In this document: piece by piece, positions 1 to 10,433 of the stretch
Numbering within the stretch: position 1 is the first letter of the stretch
Layout: every line of letters begins with the position of its first letter
The notes under the pieces: generated by a model
What the model was told of the DNA's origin: nothing
What the model saw: only the letters and a program-made list of their open reading frames with translations
Databases searched by the model: none
Translations under genes and position numbers: made by a program
Assembly (NCBI GenBank): GCA_049903315.1
Contig: JBNGBT010000016.1
Location: 1-32,299, forward strand
From: Candidatus Cloacimonadota bacterium
GTDB lineage: Bacteria; Cloacimonadota; Cloacimonadia; JGIOTU-2
Direction of reading: 5' to 3'
Length of the DNA: 32,299 bases

Positions 1-32
1 CGAGTTAACACCAATGGAGAAATTAATAGCAT
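1..32 (-). CDS. Possible 5' end of a gene running off the left edge (MLLISPLVLT...)
   Basis: On the minus strand AGGGAAG precedes an ATG at 32, and the frame is open to the window edge. Only 10 codons are visible. Confidence 0.3.
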   Translation of the reverse strand, partial: MLLISPLVLT

Positions 33-76
33 ATTTCTTCCCTAAAAGTGTAAACAACGCGTGAAAATCTTACATA

Positions 77-1234
77 TTATACACCTAAATTTTTCTCTAA
101 ATACTTCCATCTCCACACCATTGCAACAAACGACACCAGCACAAGAATTATCAAATGGAAGGCGTAGCCCTTTACGGAAGACCATCCTCCTCCCATCACA
201 CTGAGCTTAATGAATCCATTGAAAAACGGGGTGGTGGGAATTGTATGCGCAAGCCACTTAATGGGCAGCGGCATGGTCGAAAGCGGCCAGGAGTAGCCGC
301 AGATTAAAAATAGCGGATATGAAGTAAATGCTATAATTTCCATATACCTTTTCTGGCTGCGGAAGAAGGATGCAACAAAGAGCGTATAGAACAAAACCGA
401 GAATAGAAAGAGCATGCTCATCACAGCCACAGCAAGCAGGTTGCCCGTTATCGGGATTTCAAAGGCTTGAAAAACAACTGCGAAAAAGAATAGAAAATAT
501 GCGACATACAAAAGAAAATAAAACCCGCTTTTACCGGAAAGCATCTGCAGCAGGTTGTTTTTTCCCTCAGCAAAGAATTTAGAGAATTTATTTTTTTCAT
601 TTTCTTTTGCAATGCTTTCTCCAAAGCCAATGAGGAGTGTCTGTTGCAGGATTAGTAGGAATAAGCCGGGTAGGAGGAAGTTGCCGTAGCAGTTTGTTGT
701 ATTATAGATGGGATGGACTTCTGCGGAAAGGGGCTCGACCAACTCCTGTGCTGTTGTCTGCGTCATTCCTCTTGCTTCAAAAAAGCGCAGCCGGATACCC
801 GCGCTATAGGTAAGAAGGATTTCCTGCACCGCATTGTTCAGGTCATTCGAGGGCATAAAGCGAGTTGTATTCAGGTAGAGTTTTACATCCGTACCATTCA
901 AAGATTTGATATCATCTTCAAAACCATTTGGGAAATAGAGAAATCCCTGGATATCCATCTTATAAAGTCGGTCAATGCCCTCTTCGTAGCTTCCCAGTGT
1001 GCCGATCATTTTTATCTTCTGGCTTGCATCCATGAATCGATAGAGCTGGCGCGTGGTGGGAGTTCTGTCCATGTCCACGACAGCGAAGCTTATCTGGTTG
1101 GCATCCTTATATAGATAGATGGAGCCGAGGAAAAAGGCATAGAGGATCGGAGCAATGAGCACAGTCAGTACAATGCTGTGGTCTTTGAAAATGATGCCCA
1201 GCTCGCGGGAAAATACTCTGAGAAAAGTCTTCAT
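77..1234 (-). CDS. ABC-2 type transporter permease (YbhR/YhhJ-like)
   Basis: N-terminal TM helix, extracytoplasmic domain starting 'AVVDMD', 'FLLPGL' motif and C-terminal TM bundle with 'GYSWP..MP'. Overlaps the upstream permease by 4 bp. Confidence 0.9.
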   Translation of the reverse strand: MKTFLRVFSRELGIIFKDHSIVLTVLIAPILYAFFLGSIYLYKDANQISFAVVDMDRTPTTRQLYRFMDASQKIKMIGTLGSYEEGIDRLYKMDIQGFLYFPNGFEDDIKSLNGTDVKLYLNTTRFMPSNDLNNAVQEILLTYSAGIRLRFFEARGMTQTTAQELVEPLSAEVHPIYNTTNCYGNFLLPGLFLLILQQTLLIGFGESIAKENEKNKFSKFFAEGKNNLLQMLSGKSGFYFLLYVAYFLFFFAVVFQAFEIPITGNLLAVAVMSMLFLFSVLFYTLFVASFFRSQKRYMEIIAFTSYPLFLICGYSWPLSTMPLPIKWLAHTIPTTPFFNGFIKLSVMGGGWSSVKGYAFHLIILVLVSFVAMVWRWKYLEKNLGV

Positions 1235-2412
1235 AATATGGACCGAAGCTCGAATTTTTTCGTTCGTATGCTGAGTGCGACAAGGCTTCCAATAAATCCG
1301 ACAAGCACAAAAAGAAGCAGCACAAGGATTTCGGGACGTGCATATCGGGCGGGAGTATTCATCTGGAAGAGCTTGAAAAAGCCGTATAAAAAGTGGGTGT
1401 ATGGAATGAACTGCGCATAGAATTTATCAAAAAGCGGCATCGCAAAGATCGGGAATGTGAAGCCGCTGAAAACAAAAGCTGGCGAATTATAGAAAAAAGC
1501 TATATCGAGTGCGAGGATCTCATCCTTTACAATGCAGGAGAGCATGAGCCCGAGAAAAATAACGGACACCAAAAATATGATGAAAAAACCTAAGATAAGA
1601 AGCAGGTTTCCGTTTATCGGAATGCCAAAGAGTGGATAGATAATACCGAGAATAAAGAGCAGGATGAGGAGTCCCATGATCAGGTAGGCAAATGCTTTTC
1701 CAGCAAGGATGTTGAGCATTTTTCCTTTTGCGGTGCGCAGCAATTCGCTAAAGGTATTGTTATTGAATTCGGAATTAATTGCCCGAGTCACCACAAAGAA
1801 AATGATCATCTGCAGGAGCACTGTCATGAGTCCGGGCACGAGGTAATATAAGTAATTATAGTTAGGATTAAAAAGCGGTTTTGCATCAACGCGTATGGGA
1901 AGCGCAAGGTTCATTGCTTGTTCTTCGGTCATGCCTTGTTTCATGAATGTTTCTATCAGGATGCCTGCATTCACCGTATTCACGACATCCTCAGCTTCCT
2001 TATAGATCGTGTTGCCAAAAATGATATTTGATGAATTCGTGTACACCCCGATCTTCGTGCTTTTTCCAGAATATACATTGTCCGAAAGCCCTTTTGGGAT
2101 TTCGTAAATTGCTTCTATCTTGTTGTTTTCCAGGAAGATGGTTCTGATGTCATCCGACGAATCGAGATAGCGCACAACCTTTGTTTCCGGCGATGCTTCT
2201 ATAAAGCGCACAATCGTTCTGGAAAGTTCTGTATTATCCTTATCATAAACTGCGATTGGAATATCGTGTAGGATTCCTTTTACATAGATGAAGGAGAGCA
2301 GCAAAAATACACAGACGGGAATAAAGAGGAGTAAATTCCGCGTAGATTTTTGGTGGACTATTCTGTCCAGTTCACGCATGGTTACGTGAAAGAACGCAGG
2401 GGAGAATTTCAT
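1231..2412 (-). CDS. ABC-2 type transporter permease (YbhS-like)
   Basis: 'PIAVYDKDNTELSR', 'FNPNYNYLYYLVPG' and 'SGFTFP..AMP' are typical of ABC2_membrane_3 permeases. Confidence 0.9.
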   Translation of the reverse strand: MKFSPAFFHVTMRELDRIVHQKSTRNLLLFIPVCVFLLLSFIYVKGILHDIPIAVYDKDNTELSRTIVRFIEASPETKVVRYLDSSDDIRTIFLENNKIEAIYEIPKGLSDNVYSGKSTKIGVYTNSSNIIFGNTIYKEAEDVVNTVNAGILIETFMKQGMTEEQAMNLALPIRVDAKPLFNPNYNYLYYLVPGLMTVLLQMIIFFVVTRAINSEFNNNTFSELLRTAKGKMLNILAGKAFAYLIMGLLILLFILGIIYPLFGIPINGNLLLILGFFIIFLVSVIFLGLMLSCIVKDEILALDIAFFYNSPAFVFSGFTFPIFAMPLFDKFYAQFIPYTHFLYGFFKLFQMNTPARYARPEILVLLLFVLVGFIGSLVALSIRTKKFELRSIL

Positions 2413-2418
2413 ATATTG

Positions 2419-3393
2419 TTAGAAGTAAACCTGAGCGGTCATGCCGGGACGTAATCCCTCAATTGGTTTTATGGGTTTAAGATGTACTTCGAAGGTTTTC
2501 AGGTCGAACTGCCCTGTGGCTTTTGTGGGAACCCAGGTGGCAAAATCTGCCATGACAGAGATAAAATGCACAATGAATTCGAATTCTTTGTTTTTGAGAG
2601 CAGGGATTCTTACTTTGCATGTGTTATCTTTTTGGAAAGCAGGCAGTTTATCCTCGCGTACATTTAAAAGTAGGTATATATCTTCAGGAATCTGAATTGA
2701 AAGCAATGGATATCCTGCCCCCATTACCTCACCCGGATTGGCAATACGGCTGCAAACTTCACCGGATACAGGAGCGATAACCTCAAGCTCATTATGATAT
2801 GCAAGCGCTTCTTTGTATACATTATGCGCTTCGACATATTCCCCTTTTGCAGCGTCTATATCCTCGATTCGAGCGCCCTGAAGTGCCATATCATACATTG
2901 CTTTTGCTGCGTTCATCTGATCTTCAGCAGCGTGGTATTTAAACTCGATCTCATCCATTTCCTGCTGGGAAATAATACTGTCGTCATAGAGCACCGTGAA
3001 ACGCAAGTAGGTTTTTTTTGCAAATTCAAACTGGCTTTTTGCCATCTCATACTGGTTTTTTGCAGCGGATTTTTCCTGTTCACGCGCACCATTTTCTGCC
3101 TTTTCCACAAGCGCTTGAGCTGCCTGCAAGACACCTTGTGCCTGGCCGAGTTTTGCGTTCATGATATTGGGCTGGATTGTTGCAAGGAGCTGTCCTTTTA
3201 TAACCACGTCTCCTCTATCCACAAAAATCGTGTCGATACGACCGGGTATTTCCGAGGCAACATCGACGACCGTTGTTTCAAACGTGCCGGTGAAAACTTC
3301 CTTTTCACTTGAGCATGAATGCATGAACAGAAAGATGATGGCAATAATGATCAAAATCAGAGGAATGAGCAAAAGCAGGCTTTTATTGTTCAT
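2419..3393 (-). CDS. HlyD-family membrane fusion (periplasmic adaptor) protein
   Basis: N-terminal anchor, lipoyl half-motifs 'VASEIPGRI..V.RGD.V.KGQ' and 'VIAPVSGEV', a coiled coil, and C-terminal 'LRPGMTA'. Confidence 0.92.
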   Translation of the reverse strand: MNNKSLLLLIPLILIIIAIIFLFMHSCSSEKEVFTGTFETTVVDVASEIPGRIDTIFVDRGDVVIKGQLLATIQPNIMNAKLGQAQGVLQAAQALVEKAENGAREQEKSAAKNQYEMAKSQFEFAKKTYLRFTVLYDDSIISQQEMDEIEFKYHAAEDQMNAAKAMYDMALQGARIEDIDAAKGEYVEAHNVYKEALAYHNELEVIAPVSGEVCSRIANPGEVMGAGYPLLSIQIPEDIYLLLNVREDKLPAFQKDNTCKVRIPALKNKEFEFIVHFISVMADFATWVPTKATGQFDLKTFEVHLKPIKPIEGLRPGMTAQVYF

Positions 3394-3408
3394 ATAATTC
3401 TCCGAAAC

Positions 3409-4845
3409 TTATTTTTTTAAGATTTCAATTACCCGGCTGGGCTGCCCAACAGCGATAAAAAGTTGGGATAAAGATGTATAATAATTATACAACGAGAGAA
3501 GCCGCTCTATTGAAGCCGCCTGGAACAGAAGTTGTGCATCTATCACATCTATTGATTTGCCCAACCCTTCGCGGAATCGCGTCTCGTTAATATCCAGATT
3601 TTTCTTTGCCAGTTCGACTGTGGGCTTCAGTTTGAGAAAGCGAGTTTTGCTGTTTTTTGTTTTATAAAAAAGTTCTTCTGTGAGCAGCATTATCTCGTCT
3701 TCTGCATATTGCTTGGCGACCCTCACTTCTTTTGTAAGATGCTTCATAGACTTTAATTCGTTTATTTTCTTCATACCATGAAATAAGTTGAGTTCGAGTT
3801 GAACGCCAAGTGAATAGCGCGGAAGCACAATTGGATAATTTTCCCGGATAAGATTATATTCCCCAATCGCAACGATTTGCGGAAGGAATTTTGCGCGTTT
3901 TACGGCAAATGCCTGATCTGCGATTTTCTGCTTATGGCCGATCTCTTTTAGGATGGTGTTTCCTGCAAGAGCGAGCTCTTTCATCTCCGTCAAATTTAGC
4001 TGCACATCGTGGAAATAGAGTGAATCGGTAAGAAGCAAGTGCGCGTATGCTGGCAAATTGAGTGTTGCACGAAGCGCAGAGGTTGCAAGAGAAAGCTCGT
4101 TTTGTGCATCTTCCAGATTTCTTTCTGCATTTGCAACTGCGACTTGTGCGCGAATGATTTCCGGTGGAGCAATAACCCCTATCTTGATAGCTCTTTCAGC
4201 TTGAGACTCGTGTTTCTTCATGCCGGCGAGTGTTTTTTTTCGTAGTTCAACCACCTGTTCGAGAAGGATCACGGAAAGATACTGTTGCGTGGTGCTATTG
4301 ATTATCTCATTGCGGGTTTTATTGAGTCCTTCATTTGCGAGACCCAACTCGGCTTGTGCAAATTTTTTTCCCGCCCAGAGTTCTCCACCGAGGAATATCG
4401 GCTGAGTGACAACAAGGTTTGCATTTTTATATGTTTGTTGGTCTATCTCAAGCTTGTATGCGGGGAGTGTACTCAAACCAGCCACTATTTCATCATGTAT
4501 CACCTGCTGTGTCCACGGAGAAAGGCCAAGTTGTTTTGCCATGACCGCGCCATAATCTCCGAACATGTCATCGATGGATTCCTTAATCTTTTCTGTGTCA
4601 AATTCTGGATTATCACTCAGGTATGTATAACCGGCAAAAAGATCGATTGAGGGAAAAAAATTGCTGATGGAAGCTTTGTTCAAATACTCTTTTTGCAGAA
4701 CAACCTCTTCCTGCTGTTTGATCTTCCTGTTGTTGACAAGTGCACTGTCAATGGCACTTTCCAGTGATAAAGAAATCTCCTGTGCGGGCAGGGAGTGCGG
4801 CAATATTATTGAGACTATAGCAAACAATAACAATCTTATTTTCAT
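3409..4845 (-). CDS. TolC-family outer membrane efflux protein
   Basis: Signal peptide, 'LSLESAIDSALVNN' and duplicated OEP repeats ('RFREGLGKSIDVIDAQ'). First gene of the export operon. Confidence 0.9.
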   Translation of the reverse strand: MKIRLLLFAIVSIILPHSLPAQEISLSLESAIDSALVNNRKIKQQEEVVLQKEYLNKASISNFFPSIDLFAGYTYLSDNPEFDTEKIKESIDDMFGDYGAVMAKQLGLSPWTQQVIHDEIVAGLSTLPAYKLEIDQQTYKNANLVVTQPIFLGGELWAGKKFAQAELGLANEGLNKTRNEIINSTTQQYLSVILLEQVVELRKKTLAGMKKHESQAERAIKIGVIAPPEIIRAQVAVANAERNLEDAQNELSLATSALRATLNLPAYAHLLLTDSLYFHDVQLNLTEMKELALAGNTILKEIGHKQKIADQAFAVKRAKFLPQIVAIGEYNLIRENYPIVLPRYSLGVQLELNLFHGMKKINELKSMKHLTKEVRVAKQYAEDEIMLLTEELFYKTKNSKTRFLKLKPTVELAKKNLDINETRFREGLGKSIDVIDAQLLFQAASIERLLSLYNYYTSLSQLFIAVGQPSRVIEILKK

Positions 4846-4964
4846 ATAAAGTCCTAAAAATTTTTCAAAATTACAAACGAATTTATGTGTGTACTTTCCA
4901 AAACCTTGTATAAAAAGTCAAATCTCTTGTATTGTTAATGAAAACAGAAAATTTACATCCACGC

Positions 4965-4993
4965 TTGCATTTTCAGGATTTTTGTGTTATATT
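4965..4993 (+). promoter_or_regulatory. Putative sigma70 promoter for the tRNA cluster
   Basis: TTGCAT (4965-4970), 17-bp spacer, TATATT (4988-4993) with an extended-10 TG at 4985-4986. A second TTGACA lies at 5022-5027. Confidence 0.5.
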
Positions 4994-5063
4994 CTTCCTC
5001 ATAGAGAGGTGTGTCATTTTCTTGACAGCATATTCGACGAGTAAAAATGTTGTATTCCTTTAA

Positions 5064-5140
<77 letters not shown>

Positions 5141-5155
5141 TTTTTTTGAATTCGC

Positions 5156-5232
5156 GGCGATGTAGCTCAGCTGGTTAGAGCATCGGAATCATAATCCGAG
5201 TGTCCGGGGTTCAAGTCCCTGCATCGCTACCA
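5156..5232 (+). tRNA. tRNA-Met (elongator, anticodon CAT)
   Basis: GGCGATG/CATCGCT acceptor stem, anticodon arm TCGGA-ATCATAA-TCCGA and encoded CCA. Met rather than Ile2 is inferred from the GGC start and loop sequence. Confidence 0.88.
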
Positions 5233-5238
5233 TTTTTT

Positions 5239-5262
5239 GCTGCCGATAAGGCAGTTTTTTTT
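5239..5262 (+). terminator. Intrinsic terminator between tRNA-Met and tRNA-Arg
   Basis: GCTGCC-GATAA-GGCAGT hairpin running into a T8 tract. Confidence 0.6.
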
Positions 5263-5268
5263 GCATGT

Positions 5269-5345
5269 GCGCCAGTAGCTCAGCAGGATAGAGCAACAGC
5301 CTTCTAAGCTGTGGGTCAGAGGTTCGAATCCTCTCTGGCGTACCA
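5269..5345 (+). tRNA. tRNA-Arg (anticodon TCT)
   Basis: GCGCCAG/CTGGCGT acceptor stem, anticodon arm ACAGC-CTTCTAA-GCTGT, TTCGAAT T-loop and encoded CCA. Confidence 0.95.
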
Positions 5346-5414
5346 TTTTTAACTCACATAAAATTGCTTATTTTATATCTTGACCACTCAAGATATTATT
5401 TTTCTATTTGTCAT

Positions 5415-6959
5415 ATGTTTACTAAGATAATTTCTTTTTCAATTTTAGGCATCGATGCCATTCCTATTGAGGTGGAAATTGATACTAAACATGTTTACAT
5501 GCCCTATTTTACAATGGTCGGACTGCCGACGAATTCGGTCAAAGAAAGCAAAGACAGGGTCACTGCGGCAATAAAAAATAATGGTTACGATAAGCCGCCA
5601 CGTGCATACACGGTTAATCTCGCACCCGCGGATGTGAAAAAAGAAGGAGTTGGCTTTGATCTCCCTATTGCGATAGGTATGCTTACTTCGCTTAAGCAGA
5701 TACATCCAATTCTTCTTGAAACCGTCGGTATGGTTGGAGAGCTTTCGCTTAATGGCGAGGTTCGTCCGGTGACAGGCATTCTGCCAATTACGATCGCTGC
5801 GAAAGAAAAAGGGTTAGAGGGATTGATCGTTCCTGAAGAAAACGCGAAAGAAGCGGCTGTTGTGGAGGGTATTTCAATATATCCCGTGAAAAGTCTTGTA
5901 GAATGCGTTGCTTTTATAGAAGGTCGTGAGGCTATAGAACCATTGAGAATTGATATTTCCACACTTTTTGAAAATGAACGCAGAGAAACGATTGATATCT
6001 TCGATGTGAAAGGGCAATATAATGTGAAGCGGGCACTGGAGGTTGCGGCAGCTGGGAGCCATAATATTCTTATGATAGGACCTCCGGGCTCCGGGAAAAC
6101 TATGCTTGCCCGTCGAGTTCCGACTATCCTTCCCCAACTTACCCTTGACGAGGCTTTGACCACAACAAAAATCCATTCTGTTGCCGGGAAAACGGCTCAG
6201 GAGCACTCGCTCATAGCCACCAGGCCGTTTCGTTCACCACACCATACAATAAGCGATGTTGCACTCATCGGCGGAGGGAGTTATCCAAAACCAGGAGAGG
6301 TTTCACTCGCGCATAATGGCGTACTCTTTCTTGACGAATTGCCGGAATTCAAAAAAGCTGTATTAGAAGTGCTCAGGCAACCACTCGAAGACGGGATTGT
6401 CACAATTTCTCGAGCTGTTCAATCACTCACATTTCCCGCAAATTTCATGCTCGTTGCATCAATGAATCCATGCCCGTGTGGCTATTACGGGAGCAATGTA
6501 GAGGGGCATACCTGTACCTGTTCTCCGACAATTATACAAAGGTATGTTTCAAGAATATCCGGACCGCTCCTGGACCGTATTGATATTCACGTTGAGGTAC
6601 CGGCAGTGAAATACGACGAACTCTCACGAGACCCAAAAGGTGAACGATCTGCAGTCATACAGGAAAGGGTGAATGCTGCGAGGAATGTCCAGCACCAGCG
6701 CTTTGCCGGATCAAAAAGAACCTACTCTAATGCGGATATGGAGTCAAAACAGATAAGGGAGTTTTGTCGGATAGACGACGAAGGTAAAAAGCTCATGAAG
6801 ATCGCTATTGAAAAGCTTGGGCTTTCGGCACGTGCTTATGACCGCATTCTAAAAGTTTCACGGACTATTGCCGATCTTGAAAAAAGCGAACAAATTACTC
6901 CTGTCCATATAAGCGAAGCTATCCAATACAGAAGTCTGGACAGGAAGTACTGGGTGTAG
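5415..6959 (+). CDS. comM: YifB/ComM family Mg-chelatase-like AAA+ ATPase
   Basis: '[12 protein letters not shown]', Walker A 'GPPGSGKT', 'FRSPHHT', 'LFLDELPEF' and 'GPLLDRID'. Start moved to ATG 5415 (MFTKIIS) to match the family N-terminus. Confidence 0.95.
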   Translation: MFTKIISFSILGIDAIPIEVEIDTKHVYMPYFTMVGLPTNSVKESKDRVTAAIKNNGYDKPPRAYTVNLAPADVKKEGVGFDLPIAIGMLTSLKQIHPILLETVGMVGELSLNGEVRPVTGILPITIAAKEKGLEGLIVPEENAKEAAVVEGISIYPVKSLVECVAFIEGREAIEPLRIDISTLFENERRETIDIFDVKGQYNVKRALEVAAAGSHNILMIGPPGSGKTMLARRVPTILPQLTLDEALTTTKIHSVAGKTAQEHSLIATRPFRSPHHTISDVALIGGGSYPKPGEVSLAHNGVLFLDELPEFKKAVLEVLRQPLEDGIVTISRAVQSLTFPANFMLVASMNPCPCGYYGSNVEGHTCTCSPTIIQRYVSRISGPLLDRIDIHVEVPAVKYDELSRDPKGERSAVIQERVNAARNVQHQRFAGSKRTYSNADMESKQIREFCRIDDEGKKLMKIAIEKLGLSARAYDRILKVSRTIADLEKSEQITPVHISEAIQYRSLDRKYWV

Positions 6960-8183
6960 ATGAGCTCAACAGCCATCATTCAGAAATTCGACTGGAAGCT
7001 GATGATCATTCTTCTGCTTCTTTTGGTTTTCGGCGAACTTGCCCTGTATAGCGCTTCAGTGCAGAAAGTAGGAGAGGAAATAATTGTAAGCGATTTTTAC
7101 GTTAAACAACTTGTGTGGATAATGGTCGGGTTTGTTGTTTTTTTCACCATATTATATATTCCTGATATAATATTGGATCTGCTTATCGTGCCCTATAACG
7201 TGCTGATCCTTCTGATGCTGATTGTTGTGCTCTTGCTTCCGCCCATTAAAGGTGTTCATCGCTGGATTAGTCTCGGAAGTGTGCATATTCAACCATCAGA
7301 GTTTGCAAAGCTTGGCGTCATTTTTCTTATGGCAAAGGTGTTTTCAACCAAATATATACCCAATTACAAGATCGTGATCTTCGGTTTCATTCTCGCCACA
7401 CTCCCGGCGCTACTTGTGTTATCACAGCCCGACCTCGGAAGTGCGCTGGTCTTTTTTGCAATCTTATTCCCAATGATGTATTTTGCAGGCGTGTCTTTTT
7501 TTACTTTATTCATTATCATTACCCCAATAATAAGTATTCTTGTCGGCTTCAACATCACATATTGGATTATTTTTGATGTCTTTCTTCTCCTTGTGCTGAT
7601 CCTTCGAAAGGTATCTTTGTTCCCCGCAGGAGCTATACTTATAGGAAACGCTTTCATCTCTTTGGTAACGCCCTATATGTGGTGGAGTTTGCATGGATAC
7701 CAGAGAAACCGTATTCTCGCATTTATAAATCCGAAATTTGATGTACTTGGAAGCGGATATCAGATCATTCAATCAAAAATAGCTGTTGGATCCGGAGGCA
7801 TTTTTGGCAAAGGCTTTTTACTTGGGACACAGAAGAACTTAAATTTTTTGCCCGAACAACAAACCGATTTCATTTTCTCTGTCATTGGGGAAGAACTCGG
7901 TTTTGTTGGTTGTTTTTTCCTTTTACTACTTTTTGGAGCGCTTATCTGGCGCATTGTAATAATATTAAGGAAAATCAGGATCGACAGGAGGCGGCTTGTC
8001 ATTGCAGGCATTCTGTCCTATTTTATTTTTCAAATAGTCGTGAATATCGGCATGAACATCGGGATCATTCCGGTCGTAGGAATTCCACTTCCGTTTGTCA
8101 GTTATGGTGGAAGCAGCTTGCTTGTCAATCTGGCTTCAATGGGACTTATTTTTAAATATGCGAGGGAGCGGAGTTTTGTATGA
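6960..8183 (+). CDS. rodA: Rod shape-determining SEDS peptidoglycan glycosyltransferase RodA
   Basis: 'IQPSEFAK', 'QPDLGSA', 'GYQIIQSKIAVGSGG', 'FLPEQQTDFIF' and 'PFVSYGGSS'. Confidence 0.92.
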   Translation: MSSTAIIQKFDWKLMIILLLLLVFGELALYSASVQKVGEEIIVSDFYVKQLVWIMVGFVVFFTILYIPDIILDLLIVPYNVLILLMLIVVLLLPPIKGVHRWISLGSVHIQPSEFAKLGVIFLMAKVFSTKYIPNYKIVIFGFILATLPALLVLSQPDLGSALVFFAILFPMMYFAGVSFFTLFIIITPIISILVGFNITYWIIFDVFLLLVLILRKVSLFPAGAILIGNAFISLVTPYMWWSLHGYQRNRILAFINPKFDVLGSGYQIIQSKIAVGSGGIFGKGFLLGTQKNLNFLPEQQTDFIFSVIGEELGFVGCFFLLLLFGALIWRIVIILRKIRIDRRRLVIAGILSYFIFQIVVNIGMNIGIIPVVGIPLPFVSYGGSSLLVNLASMGLIFKYARERSFV

Positions 8184-8245
8184 TGAAAATTGGTCAAAAT
8201 ATTTCTTGCGTGATTTTTTTTCACTTACAGCAAATGGTATAACTT

Positions 8246-8821
8246 ATGAAAATGAAAGAATTATTTGATGAAGCCCTTCGAGAACACAAGAAGGTTATAG
8301 ACGGATTAGAAACTTTTTATCCGGACATTGAGGTAATTGCATCTCAAATATCCGAAACACTTAAAAGGGGCAATAAGATCATGCTTTGCGGAAATGGCGG
8401 GAGCGCAGCAGATGCACAGCATATTGCCACCGAATTCATCGTACGGTTCCGTGGTGAGTTCAACAGGAGATCTCTACCGGCAATTGCACTTACAACTGAC
8501 ACATCATTACTCACGGCATGTGCAAACGATTATGGATTTGACGAGGTTTTTAAACGCCAGGTTGAAGGGCTTGGAAACGAGGGAGATCTTTTAATCGGAA
8601 TAAGCACCAGCGGCAACTCCCCGAATGTGTACAAAGCAATAGAATATGCGAACGAACAGAACATCCTGACAGTTTTATTAGCAGGAAGAAATGGCGGCAC
8701 GATCGCAGGAATCGCACAATATTCAATTATCATTCCCCATAAAGATACAGCCCGAATCCAGGAAGCCCATATTACAATTGGGCACATCCTCTGCAGGCTT
8801 ACCGAAGAACTAATTTTTTAA
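8246..8821 (+). CDS. gmhA: D-sedoheptulose 7-phosphate isomerase (SIS domain)
   Basis: 'CGNGGSAADAQH', 'ANDYGFD', 'ISTSGNS' and 'TARIQEAH'. Confidence 0.95.
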   Translation: MKMKELFDEALREHKKVIDGLETFYPDIEVIASQISETLKRGNKIMLCGNGGSAADAQHIATEFIVRFRGEFNRRSLPAIALTTDTSLLTACANDYGFDEVFKRQVEGLGNEGDLLIGISTSGNSPNVYKAIEYANEQNILTVLLAGRNGGTIAGIAQYSIIIPHKDTARIQEAHITIGHILCRLTEELIF

Positions 8822-8845
8822 ATAAACCCATAGATAGGAGATGAA

Positions 8846-9127
8846 ATGGCCAAGAAAAAAGAAACTGATGAAAAATATCTCTATGACGCAAAGAAATTCT
8901 GTGTCCCCGTAACAAAGATCGGCAGCCTTGAAAGCATTCAGTTTGTGATCGATGACTTCATTGATAAGAAGGTGACATTCTGTGTGGACGGCAGCGATGA
9001 CCGCTGGGAAGTCTGGCGCATCGAAGAAGAAGGAGATTCTGACAAGATCAAGAAAAAAGATTATCCGAGAAAGCCAAAATTTTTATATATTGATGGCGAA
9101 AAACTCGATTACGTATTAAAAAAATAA
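8846..9127 (+). CDS. Small hypothetical protein (93 aa)
   Basis: AGGAG RBS. The ORF fills the gap between gmhA and eno on the same strand. No recognisable motif. Confidence 0.8.
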   Translation: MAKKKETDEKYLYDAKKFCVPVTKIGSLESIQFVIDDFIDKKVTFCVDGSDDRWEVWRIEEEGDSDKIKKKDYPRKPKFLYIDGEKLDYVLKK

Positions 9128-9139
9128 AGAGGAGAATAT

Positions 9140-10426
9140 ATGTCTCTAATAGATGGAATTTTTGCTCGTGAGATATTAGATTCTCGAGGGAATCCTACAG
9201 TTGAAGTTGATGTCATGCTCGAATCCGGTTACTGGGGTCGAGCTGCTGTCCCTTCAGGTGCTTCGACAGGTGAGTATGAGGCAGTAGAACTTCGCGATGA
9301 AAATAATGACCGATATAATGGAAAAGGCGTACTGACAGCAGTAAAAAACATTAATGAAATAATTGCACCGGAAATACTCGGCATCGAGAGCGAACGACAG
9401 GTAGAAATAGACACCATAATGTGTGATATGGCAGGATCACCGAATAAAGAAAAACTCGGAGCGAACTCGGTTCTTGGTGTTTCAATGGCAATAGCTCGAG
9501 CAACAGCGCTGGAACTCGAACTTCCTCTTTATCGCTATTTGGGCGGCACAAATGCAAAAACCCTCCCCGTTCCTATGCTTAATGTGCTCAATGGCGGAAA
9601 GCATGCTGACAATAATGTTGATGTTCAGGAATTTATGATCATGCCGCTGGGAGCCGAGACTTTTTCACAAGCACTACAAATGGCTACTGAAACATTTCAC
9701 GCACTCAGAATGATACTCAAAAATGGCGGTTTTAGTACAGCAGTTGGCGACGAGGGTGGCTTTGCCCCCAACCTGGAATCTAACGAAGATGCAATAAAAT
9801 TTATACTGAGAGCGATTGAAACAGCAGGATACCGTCCGGGAGAAGACATCTCTATTGCACTTGATTCTGCCGCATCTTCTTTTTTCCAATCAGGCAAATA
9901 TGCTTTTAATACAGGCAAAACAGAAAAGCTCACAAGCGCAGAACTCGTGGGAATATACAAAGAGTGGACAAGAAAATATCCCATCGTTTCCCTCGAAGAC
10001 GGACTTGATGAAAATGACTGGAAAGGCTGGAAACTTCTCACAGATGAGCTTGGTGATAAAATTCAAATTGTAGGCGATGATATTTTTGTCACAAATATCA
10101 GGCTGCTGGATCGGGGCATAAAAGAAGGCGTGGCGAATTCTATTCTTATCAAGCTGAACCAGATCGGCACTGTGACCGAGACCCTAGATACCGTTGAACG
10201 GGCAAAGAATGCAAGCTATACCTCTGTCGTCTCGCATCGCTCAGGAGAAACTTGTGATACATTCATAGCAGACCTCGCCGTGGCATTGAATAACGGACAG
10301 ATAAAGACCGGTTCAACATCACGCTCCGAACGTATTGCAAAGTATAATCAGCTTTTGCGAATTGAAGAAGAACTTGGCAAAACAGCACGATTTCCAGGAA
10401 AAAACGTCTTTAAGCATACAAAATAA
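9140..10426 (+). CDS. eno: Enolase
   Basis: '[12 protein letters not shown]', 'VPSGASTG', 'GDEGGFAP', 'SHRSGET' and '[15 protein letters not shown]'. AGGAG RBS. Confidence 0.99.
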   Translation: MSLIDGIFAREILDSRGNPTVEVDVMLESGYWGRAAVPSGASTGEYEAVELRDENNDRYNGKGVLTAVKNINEIIAPEILGIESERQVEIDTIMCDMAGSPNKEKLGANSVLGVSMAIARATALELELPLYRYLGGTNAKTLPVPMLNVLNGGKHADNNVDVQEFMIMPLGAETFSQALQMATETFHALRMILKNGGFSTAVGDEGGFAPNLESNEDAIKFILRAIETAGYRPGEDISIALDSAASSFFQSGKYAFNTGKTEKLTSAELVGIYKEWTRKYPIVSLEDGLDENDWKGWKLLTDELGDKIQIVGDDIFVTNIRLLDRGIKEGVANSILIKLNQIGTVTETLDTVERAKNASYTSVVSHRSGETCDTFIADLAVALNNGQIKTGSTSRSERIAKYNQLLRIEEELGKTARFPGKNVFKHTK

Positions 10427-10433
10427 ATAGATC

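Noticed and set aside
5156..5232. tRNA-Ile2(CAU) linked to the Ile attenuator theme
   Set aside because: The sequence looks more like elongator tRNA-Met. Only an isotype-specific model could overturn this.
5364..5414. N-terminal extensions of comM (from 5364) and guaD (from 10672)
   Set aside because: Family-like sequence begins at ATG 5415 and ATG 10741. The extensions overlap a likely promoter and ftsB respectively.
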